Origin: Candidatus Dojkabacteria bacterium
GTDB lineage: Bacteria > Patescibacteriota > Dojkabacteria > J137
DNA: 64,000 nt
Direction of reading: 5' to 3'
Assembly (NCBI GenBank): GCA_040006935.1
Contig: JBDTVZ010000001.1
Location: forward strand, 423,772-487,771
Below, piece by piece: positions 56,420 through 64,000 of this stretch. The position numbers were made by a program, and so were the translations under genes. The number at the start of each line of letters is the position of its first letter. Position 1 is the first letter of the stretch. A model generated the notes under the pieces. The model was not told where the DNA came from, ran no database searches, and was given only the letters and a program-made list of their open reading frames with translations.

Positions 56420-58630
56420 TCATTCCTCTGCAGTCGGAGCTTTTTTCTTCTTAATTCTAATAATATCCTTCTCTTTCGGATAATCTGGGTGAGCCCAGAA
56501 GAAACCGAATTTACCTTTTTTAATTAGGTAATCTCTTTTATCTTTAGTTTGTGGGATTTCTCCGTACATTTCGATAAGAAGATCTCTTTTTGGAGTTAGT
56601 GGTTTTGCATCTTTAACCTTTGGATAGTCTGGGTGTGCCCAGAAGCTTCCAAAACGACCTGTTTTTAATACGTATTCTCTTTTATCTTCTGTCATTGGAA
56701 CAGGCTCGTATCGGGTTAAGTCAATTGGTTTTGCTGCTTCGTTTGATTCTCCTTCTAAGCTTTTCATTCCCTTACATTTTGGATAATCAGTACAGCTTAG
56801 GAATCTTCCGTATCTTCCTAATTTTATTATCATTGGTTTTCCGCATTCAGGACATTTTTCATCGCTTTTTCCTAATTCTGTAAACTCTTTTCGAGGGATA
56901 TTCTTATCTTGTCTTGCTACTTCTTTTTCAAATGGGAAGTAGAAATCTCCTAACATTTTTACCCAATCTAGCTTTCCTTCTGCGACTTTGTCTAAGTTAT
57001 CTTCCATTCCAGCTGTAAATCCATAATTTACAATTTGCTCAAAATACTTAACTAACAAGCTATTTACTACTCTACCTGTATCTGTTGGCCTTAAGTACTT
57101 ATTTTCTGCAAGGGCATATTTTCTAACTAATAGTGTAGATATTATGCTCGCATAGGTAGATGGCCTTCCAATCCCTAGCTCCTCAAGCTTTTTGATTAAT
57201 GTTGCTTCGCTATATCTAGCAGGTGGTTGAGTGAAGTGTTGGATTCCATCAAACTCTTTTTGTCCTAACTTATCTCCGATTTGCATTTCTGGCAATATGG
57301 TTTCGTTAAGCTTTTCTTTCATCACTTTTAAGTAACCATCGAAGATTACTGTTTTACCGTTTGCTTTGAATAAGTACTTATCAATTTCTACGTATAATGA
57401 CAAATTAAGGAATTCTGCTGGTTTCATTAAAGATGACAGCGCTTTCGCCCAGATTAAGTTATATACTGCCGCCTGCTCACCTTCTAGCCCCAAATCTGCA
57501 GCCTTTTTAAAGAAGCTAGTTGGCCTAATACATTCGTGAGCCTCTTGAGCAGATTTATTTGATGAAGCATATACATTTAATTTTTCTGGAAGGTAATTCT
57601 TTCCAATATTTTTCTCGATATATTTAATAGCCTCATTAATAGCAGGCTGAGACATATTTACAGAATCTGTTCTCATGTAAGTTATAAATCCAGCTTCGTA
57701 AAGTTTTTGTGCAATAGACATTGCTCTTTTTGCAGAGTACCCCAATACATTCACGGCTGCTTGTTGGAAAGTACTCGTAATAAACGGTGGCCTTGGATTA
57801 CGTTTACTTTGAGATTTTTCTATATTTGAGATTACCCACTTTTCATCTTTTACATCTTCAACAACTTTAGTTGCTTCTTTTTGAGTCTTTAATTCTGGAG
57901 CTTTTTTAGAAATTTTGAAAAGTTCAAATTTTATTAAATTTTCTGGAACTTGAATTTTTTCTTCTTCCTCGTCTTTATTAGTAAGTTTATAGTTGATTTT
58001 ATAGTTTGGCTTTGTATCTTTATGGTCCGCGTAGGCCTCAACACTCCAGTACTCATCCGATTTGAATGCTTCCCTTTCTAACTCTTTTTCTACCACTAAT
58101 CTTAAAGCTGCAGATTGAACTCTACCTGCAGATAGTCCGAATGTAATTTTCTTCCAAAGAAGTGGAGATAGTTTATAACCTACTAATCTATCTAGAAACC
58201 TTCTAGCTTGTTGAGCATTAACTAAATCCATATTAATATCTCGAGGATGTGCAATTGCTTCTTGAATTGCCTCTTTTGTAATTTCGTGGAATACAATTCT
58301 TTCAACTGGTCTTTTTCCTTTATGTTTTCCGTTTTCATCAATTACACCAAGCTCTTTTGCAATGTGCCAACCAATAGCTTCTCCTTCTCTATCCAAGTCG
58401 GAAGCAATTATTAATTTATCTGCACCTTTAAAAGCTTTCTTAATATCTGCTAATGCTTCTTTTTTTGTTATTACATAAGTAGGTTTAAAATCATGCTCTA
58501 CGTCTATACCTGTTTCAGACTTTGGAAGGTCTACCACATGGCCTTTAGATGCAATTACATGATACTCACTACCCAAGTATTTCTTGATTGTCTTCGATTT
58601 TGATGGTGACTCTACTACAACTAAGTTCAT
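56420..58630 (-). CDS. topA: DNA topoisomerase I
   Basis: 736 aa; Toprim, catalytic Tyr domain, degenerate C-terminal repeats (GRFGSFWAHPDYPKVKD, GKFGFFWAHPDYPKEKD). Confidence 0.95.
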   Translation of the reverse strand: MNLVVVESPSKSKTIKKYLGSEYHVIASKGHVVDLPKSETGIDVEHDFKPTYVITKKEALADIKKAFKGADKLIIASDLDREGEAIGWHIAKELGVIDENGKHKGKRPVERIVFHEITKEAIQEAIAHPRDINMDLVNAQQARRFLDRLVGYKLSPLLWKKITFGLSAGRVQSAALRLVVEKELEREAFKSDEYWSVEAYADHKDTKPNYKINYKLTNKDEEEEKIQVPENLIKFELFKISKKAPELKTQKEATKVVEDVKDEKWVISNIEKSQSKRNPRPPFITSTFQQAAVNVLGYSAKRAMSIAQKLYEAGFITYMRTDSVNMSQPAINEAIKYIEKNIGKNYLPEKLNVYASSNKSAQEAHECIRPTSFFKKAADLGLEGEQAAVYNLIWAKALSSLMKPAEFLNLSLYVEIDKYLFKANGKTVIFDGYLKVMKEKLNETILPEMQIGDKLGQKEFDGIQHFTQPPARYSEATLIKKLEELGIGRPSTYASIISTLLVRKYALAENKYLRPTDTGRVVNSLLVKYFEQIVNYGFTAGMEDNLDKVAEGKLDWVKMLGDFYFPFEKEVARQDKNIPRKEFTELGKSDEKCPECGKPMIIKLGRYGRFLSCTDYPKCKGMKSLEGESNEAAKPIDLTRYEPVPMTEDKREYVLKTGRFGSFWAHPDYPKVKDAKPLTPKRDLLIEMYGEIPQTKDKRDYLIKKGKFGFFWAHPDYPKEKDIIRIKKKKAPTAEE

Positions 58631-58633
58631 ATT

Positions 58634-59710
58634 TTATTTAATTAAATTAGCTAACTTTTTATATTTACCCTCTTCTGTTATTGATACTAACCCCTTTAAT
58701 TCTAGTTGAGATAAAGTTGTTAAAGTATCAGAAATATCACTTTGTGTTTTCAAACTTACTTCTTCAATATACATTGAATCAAACATGGCATTGTAAGTTC
58801 TACTCTCATTATCTGTCAAGTTTTCAATTAAAACGGTACTTACAGAACCTTGATAATTAACCATATTCATTGCGTTCAGAATATCATCAACAGAAGTAAT
58901 AAGTCTAGCCTTTCCTTCCTTTATTAGCTTATTTGTACCTAAACTTAAGTGGCTATTTATATTTCCTGGTAATGCGAAAACATGTTTATTAAATTTTCTA
59001 GCATGTTCTGCTGTAATTAAAGTTCCACTTTTGTCACCCGCTTCTATTATTAGTGTTGCCTCGGAAAGTCCTGCTACTATTCTATTTCTCGAAGCAAAAG
59101 AGTTTCTTAAGATAGGTTGGTTTGGTAGCGCATCTGAAATTACTAAACCTCCTTTATCTAATATAGACTTATAGATATCGATATTATTTATAGGTGTTGG
59201 GTTGTTGGGAGAAGAAGCTAATACTGCAATTGTCGGTCCGCCTGATTCCAGTGCTGCTAAATGTGCTTCTCTATCTATTCCAAAAGCCATGCCACTCACT
59301 ATTGTAAATCCATTATATGAAAGTTCCATCCCTAGCTTTCTGGTCATTTCACTTCCATATTTAGTAGGAGTTCTTGTTCCAACTATAGATATTGTCTTAT
59401 TAAACAATTCTTTTTTCCATTCGCCTTTATAAAAAATTAATGCTGGTGGAGATTTTAGTGACTTTAAACTTTCAGGATAAGTATTCTCTAGAACAAACGT
59501 ACAACTAATTCCTAACGAAGAGAGTTGATCAATAGAATCGTTATTATCATATTTAGAGTCGAGAATGCTATTGTCATTATCTAATAGGTCTAATTCGCCA
59601 TTATCGTTATTGGTTAATTTAGCTATATTGTCTAATATAATGCTATTTTTAACACATTCTTTTAATCTTAAATTTAGAACAATTCTTTTTATCTTTTCTA
59701 TATCTTCCAT
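58634..59710 (-). CDS. dprA: DNA processing protein DprA (Smf)
   Basis: 358 aa; Rossmann-like DprA core (IVGTRTPTKYG, IVSGMAFGIDREAH, GPTIAVLASS). Confidence 0.85.
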   Translation of the reverse strand: MEDIEKIKRIVLNLRLKECVKNSIILDNIAKLTNNDNGELDLLDNDNSILDSKYDNNDSIDQLSSLGISCTFVLENTYPESLKSLKSPPALIFYKGEWKKELFNKTISIVGTRTPTKYGSEMTRKLGMELSYNGFTIVSGMAFGIDREAHLAALESGGPTIAVLASSPNNPTPINNIDIYKSILDKGGLVISDALPNQPILRNSFASRNRIVAGLSEATLIIEAGDKSGTLITAEHARKFNKHVFALPGNINSHLSLGTNKLIKEGKARLITSVDDILNAMNMVNYQGSVSTVLIENLTDNESRTYNAMFDSMYIEEVSLKTQSDISDTLTTLSQLELKGLVSITEEGKYKKLANLIK

Positions 59711-59713
59711 ACT

Positions 59714-61501
59714 CTATGCATCACATCCTGGAGCATCGTTAGCATAAACACACCTAACGTACTCTTTAAGTAAATTCCCAATGAGAAATCCTCCACCTCC
59801 ATATCTAAGGTGGAATGCAAAGGAATAGCTCTTACCGTTATAATCATAAGTACCTACAATCCAGCCATGTGTCCTGTAAATCTCTTGGCCGTCAATATTC
59901 TCATATGTTTCTGCAGTTCCTGTTTTTGCCCTTATATTCCCTGGTAAATTATTGAGAAAATAGTAAACAGTTCCCTCCGGGTTATTAGCAACCTGTGACA
60001 TACCACTATTTATTAACCTGAGCGTTTCATCGCTTATAGGTATTTGTTTTGCCACTATTGGCTCCGTCTGTTTCACTACATTTTTATATACATCTTGTAT
60101 ATCTTTTAGAATGTGAGGTTGATAGTAAACTCCTTTGTTAGCAATCGCAGAAGCTACCATGGCCATTTGAATAGGAGTTACTAAAACAGCACCTTGACCT
60201 ATTGCTGTATTGCAAGTATCACCATCAAACCAAGTAAGATTTAAGAAGTCTTTCCTATATTCCGGAGAATCCATATTTCCTGCTGTTTCTCCTATTAAAT
60301 CAATATTAGTTTTAGAGCCAATGCTAAACAAGTTAGCTGAATTTTTAAAAGGTGTAAACCCACTATTTGCATTCTGTGCTAACAAAAAATTGCAGAAGAA
60401 CATATTACTAGATTTATATAAAGCTCTTTCAACATTCATATTTCCATAAGACAATTTGCCATACTCACAGAAGTTGTATCCTCCTCCTAAATCTAGGCAT
60501 CTATTTGAGAAGAAGTATGAATCTTTATCAATCACTTTATTCTCTAGCAAGTCAAATGCCGTTATTATTTTGAAAATAGAACCTGGGGCATCGGCAGTTC
60601 CGATTGCTTTATCATTGAATGGTGCACTTCTATCTGTTATTAACTTATCGTAGTCCTCTGTACTTATGCCTGTTAGGAAATCATTAGTATTTATACCTGG
60701 GTAGCTTGCTAGAGCCACTACCTCTCCGTTAGAATCATCAATAACAACACCGCCACCGCCTGCTGCATTATTCTCTTCGTTATGCTTTTGAAGTAGTCTA
60801 TAAAGTAATTGTTGCAAATTATTATCGATAGTAAGTGTTATATCATCTCCTGGTTCAGGATTTTCTTGAACCTCAACATCTCCAACGTAGTATTTTTTAC
60901 CCTTTGTACCTTTTAATTCGTTTTCATATTGTGCTTCTAATTTGTATTTACCTATAAAATCATCTGGGGCATATCCATTATCTATATCTTCTTGGCTCAC
61001 TTTGCCTTCGTAGCCTATTAAATGAGTAGTTTGCAATGGATAGTTATATGTTCTTCGAGTATCAAATGAAACGCTATAAAATGAATCTGCAGCGTAGTTA
61101 TCTTTAAATAGTTTTTCCTGAGCCTCAGTAAAGTCATTTAAAGTGACAGTTTGAAGATCTTTATTATTAAGATCATCAATCACCTTATCATTAGAGGTAA
61201 AATTCAATTTATTCTCAATAATAAAATTAGCTAACTTTGCTATTTTCTCATCATCAAAATTTGTTTTATCAATCGATATACTGTAAATATTCTCACTACC
61301 AGTAAGAGGAACTCCGTTTCTATCATAGAAATTACCTCTTTTAGGCTTCAACTCTATTTCTCCTAAGTTTAGGTCTATAGATTTAGTTACAAACTCGCGC
61401 GCAGAAAGTTGCAAAGTTAAGGAGTAGATTGAGAACAAAATAAAAATTCCCAAAGCCCCCACGGTCACAAAATAACTTTTATTATTATTTCCCTCATTCA
61501 T
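59714..61501 (-). CDS. mrdA: penicillin-binding protein 2-type transpeptidase
   Basis: 595 aa; N-terminal TM, SIFK (SxxK), SSN and KTGTAE motifs; adjacent to mreB. Confidence 0.8.
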   Translation of the reverse strand: MNEGNNNKSYFVTVGALGIFILFSIYSLTLQLSAREFVTKSIDLNLGEIELKPKRGNFYDRNGVPLTGSENIYSISIDKTNFDDEKIAKLANFIIENKLNFTSNDKVIDDLNNKDLQTVTLNDFTEAQEKLFKDNYAADSFYSVSFDTRRTYNYPLQTTHLIGYEGKVSQEDIDNGYAPDDFIGKYKLEAQYENELKGTKGKKYYVGDVEVQENPEPGDDITLTIDNNLQQLLYRLLQKHNEENNAAGGGGVVIDDSNGEVVALASYPGINTNDFLTGISTEDYDKLITDRSAPFNDKAIGTADAPGSIFKIITAFDLLENKVIDKDSYFFSNRCLDLGGGYNFCEYGKLSYGNMNVERALYKSSNMFFCNFLLAQNANSGFTPFKNSANLFSIGSKTNIDLIGETAGNMDSPEYRKDFLNLTWFDGDTCNTAIGQGAVLVTPIQMAMVASAIANKGVYYQPHILKDIQDVYKNVVKQTEPIVAKQIPISDETLRLINSGMSQVANNPEGTVYYFLNNLPGNIRAKTGTAETYENIDGQEIYRTHGWIVGTYDYNGKSYSFAFHLRYGGGGFLIGNLLKEYVRCVYANDAPGCDA

Positions 61502-61703
61502 AAAATTTAGCTAACTTTGCTACTTTTAATACTAGAACTTGTATTTACGATGATATTATTAAGATACATTAGAAAACCCTGTTCCCTAGACTGGTAAATT
61601 CTATATAATCCTAGCTATGATTTATATTCCAATTCGGACATAACTTTAGATCGTTCCTTATGCTTCTATCTGGCTAGCAAATCCGGGAAAAATTAGCTAA
61701 GAT

Positions 61704-62759
61704 TCATCTCAAAATAAAATCTTGAATCTGGATTTTATCTAGCAAATCTTTTCGTTTAATCAATTTTCTCAAACCTTTAATTACAGAGAAAATTGGATCT
61801 TCTGGAACAAAAACAGGCACCTTTAGCTTCGATGAAATAAATTTATCTAACCCTTCAATAAGCGCTCCGCCGCCAGTTAAACAAATTCCGTTAAGAATTA
61901 AGTCCGAAACTATTTCGGACGGAGCCTTTTCCATCGCCTCTTTTATAGACATTACAAGTTCTTCTATTACAGGCATAATAGCTTCGTTCAACTCGCCCGT
62001 CGTTATCTCAAGGCTATTAGGCAAACCACTTAATAAATCCTGTCCCCTTACAGAAATCTTTTCTTTATTAGCAGAAACTATTGCTGTGCCTTTAGAAATT
62101 TTTATATCCTCAGCCATTTTCACTGGAATAAGCAGATTGTACTTCGACTTAATGTATTCAACTATAGCTCTATCCATATTATCTCCACCTTTTTTCACGG
62201 TATTATCTATTAAAATGCTTCCCATTGAGATTATTGCAATGTCAGTAGTACCACCCCCAATATCAACAATCATAGAGGCTGTAGCTTCGTCTATCTTTAA
62301 ATTTGAACCAATTGCGGCGGCCATTGGCTCCTCAACCACATAAACTCTACCCGCACCGGCTTGCTTTGCAGAATCCATTACAGCTTTAATTTCCACCTCC
62401 GTTATGAGCGAGGGAACTCCAATTATTACAGTGGGCTTTATAAGTTTAGAAGTTATCTTAAGACTTTTCCCTACTTTCTTAATAAAATAGCTAATAATAG
62501 CTTCGCATGAGTTAAAGTCCGAAATTACACCCGCCTTCAAAGGCTGAATCGCCACTATATTCCCAGGAGTTCTTCCAATCATCTTACGAGCTTCCAGCCC
62601 AACAGCCATAACTTTATTATTACTTTTATTTAACGCCACGACAGAGGGCTCTTTGATAACTTCTTTTTCTCCACCAACAAGTACTCTGATATTCGCAGTA
62701 CCTAAGTCTATCGCAATTTGTGATGAAAATTTATCAATAAAGTTATTTAACTTAGACAT
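61704..62759 (-). CDS. mreB: rod shape-determining protein MreB
   Basis: 351 aa; actin-fold motifs IAIDLGTANIRV, DIGGGTTDIAIIS. Confidence 0.9.
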   Translation of the reverse strand: MSKLNNFIDKFSSQIAIDLGTANIRVLVGGEKEVIKEPSVVALNKSNNKVMAVGLEARKMIGRTPGNIVAIQPLKAGVISDFNSCEAIISYFIKKVGKSLKITSKLIKPTVIIGVPSLITEVEIKAVMDSAKQAGAGRVYVVEEPMAAAIGSNLKIDEATASMIVDIGGGTTDIAIISMGSILIDNTVKKGGDNMDRAIVEYIKSKYNLLIPVKMAEDIKISKGTAIVSANKEKISVRGQDLLSGLPNSLEITTGELNEAIMPVIEELVMSIKEAMEKAPSEIVSDLILNGICLTGGGALIEGLDKFISSKLKVPVFVPEDPIFSVIKGLRKLIKRKDLLDKIQIQDFILR

Positions 62760-63097
62760 ATTTATTAGTGAAATTCAGAATATTAATACTTTAAATATAG
62801 CATAAACAAATATTCTATTTAAGGAAATTTGAAATTGATGACATTTGGAGGTTACTCAGCAATCAGATTAGGCCCTGTTACAGCCTATTTAAAAGCACAG
62901 ATTGCTCGTGCAGCGTTCAAGGCTTTACTCCCAAATATCTGAACATAATTAGCTGAAACATTCGCTTGATGAATCCGTACTTTTGAATCCAAAAAAAATT
63001 GGTTTTCGATATTTACAGTTCCGATTACTAGTACTTTTAATTTTCTGTTATTCGTATTCATTACTGAGGATTATACTTGAAGAAACAATTTGAAGAA

Positions 63098-63170
63098 AGC
63101 CAAGTTCGGGAATCGAACCCGAGACCTCACCCTTACCATGGGTGTGCTCTACCATCTGAGCTAACTTGGC
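63098..63170 (-). tRNA. tRNA-Thr (anticodon GGU)
   Basis: Manual cloverleaf: acceptor gccaagt/acttggc, D-arm gctc-agatggta-gagc, anticodon stem caccc/gggtg with loop auGGUaa, T-arm tcggg-ttcgatt-cccga. Confidence 0.8.
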
Positions 63171-63280
63171 ATTAAAAAAGTTGAAAAGTTTTAAGGTTAC
63201 AAAGTTCTAAAGTTAGAAATACCAACTTATCATATCAACTTTTTAACATTTCAACATTTCAACTTTAAAACACACTTATA

Positions 63281-63355
63281 TCGGGAGAGAAGGATTTGAA
63301 CCTCCGATTTTACCGATTTACAGTCGGTTGCGATTGACCACTCCGCCATCTCCCG
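63281..63355 (-). tRNA. tRNA-Tyr (anticodon GUA), class I with C1:G72
   Basis: Manual cloverleaf: acceptor cgggaga/tctcccg, discriminator A, anticodon stem accga/tcggt with loop cuGUAaa, 6-nt variable loop, T-arm ggagg-ttcaaat-ccttc. Confidence 0.7.
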
Positions 63356-63431
63356 TGCTCAGCCTAATTCTTAATCTTTGCCTTTCCCTTAATTCTTAGG
63401 AAAAGAATTAAGATTAAGAATTTAGGATATA

Positions 63432-63504
63432 AGCCGCCTGGGGGACTCGAACCCTCGACCCACTGTTTACAAAACAGTTGCTCTACCAGCTGAGCTAAGG
63501 CGGC
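63432..63504 (-). tRNA. tRNA-Thr (anticodon UGU)
   Basis: Manual cloverleaf: acceptor gccgcct/aggcggc, D-arm gctc-agctggta-gagc, anticodon stem actgt/acagt with loop uuUGUaa; one A-C mismatch in T-stem. Confidence 0.65.
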
Positions 63505-63660
63505 AATAAATCCTTACCAGTTTCCGTTTGTAGACAATAAATCACTGAGAACTGATTACTGACTTCTGATAACTGCCCTGGAAGTATATCATATTTTTAG
63601 CTTGTAAAGTTAGCCTAAATCTATTAAAATCACTCAGTCTAATTTGATTATGAAAATTTT

Positions 63661-63903
63661 ATGGCACGAGTTTGCGAATTAACAGGAAAAAAAACATCTT
63701 TCGGAGGAAACCACAAACATAGAAGAGGTTCTTCAGGAGGAGGAGGAGTTTGGCAACATAAAGCACAGAACACTAATAGAACTTGGAAACCAAACTTACG
63801 AAAAGTTAAGTTGACTATCAACGGCCGTTCTAGAAGAGTTAAGATCTCTATGAAAGCTTACAAAAAGCTTAAGAAAATGGCTGAGGTTCAAATGGCAGCC
63901 TAA
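63661..63903 (+). CDS. rpmB: 50S ribosomal protein L28
   Basis: MARVCELTGKKTSFGGNHKH N-terminus is the bL28 signature. Confidence 0.85.
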   Translation: MARVCELTGKKTSFGGNHKHRRGSSGGGGVWQHKAQNTNRTWKPNLRKVKLTINGRSRRVKISMKAYKKLKKMAEVQMAA

Positions 63904-64000
63904 ACTAAGCTGAACTCAAATCTTGAAACATCCCTTTTCAGGGATGTTTTCTTTTATATACGTTGACTCAAATAAATTAAAACTCTAAAATTACACAAAT

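Noticed and set aside
62826-62930. 34-aa ORF (MTFGGYSAIRLGPVTAYLKAQIARAAFKALLPNI) in the mreB upstream spacer
   Set aside because: It has only a weak SD-like sequence and there is no conservation evidence available. It was noted but not called.

Overview
This is an AT-rich, gene-dense bacterial chromosomal window, roughly one-third GC by eye, with GC-rich islands confined to intergenic repeats. Proteins are small and spacers short. The gene content and synteny are dnaX-ybaB-recR, rpsF-ssb-rpsR, rpsB-tsf-frr, ruvC-ruvA-ruvB, gyrB/gyrA, rpmF-nusB-rnc and topA-dprA. That fits a reduced-genome lineage such as Patescibacteria/CPR, but this is inference only. Main content: (1) housekeeping genes for replication, recombination and translation. 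(2) A ~12-kb co-directional type IV pilus/competence-like operon on the minus strand: pilB, pilT, pilC, two pilins, pilD, four minor pilins, pilM, pilN, pilO. dprA, recR and ssb lie elsewhere in the window. (3) Four tRNAs: Leu-CAA; and a Thr-UGU / Tyr-GUA / Thr-GGU cluster in which the Tyr tRNA folds as an archaeal/eukaryal-type class I tRNA with C1:G72. (4) A Doc-family toxin with an atypical lysine-rich upstream partner. (5) A split membrane-sensor / atypical Ser/Thr-kinase pair. (6) A family of modular GC-rich inverted-repeat (MITE/REP-like) elements. They occupy at least eight intergenic regions and show covarying hairpin stems. Two ~250-270-bp copies in inverted orientation bracket a 1.5-kb cassette. 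The cassette carries one hypothetical gene and two tandem paralogous small basic-protein genes with their own promoter, conserved leaders and terminators. No rRNA or CRISPR array was seen, and no recognisable SRP RNA, tmRNA or RNase P RNA.
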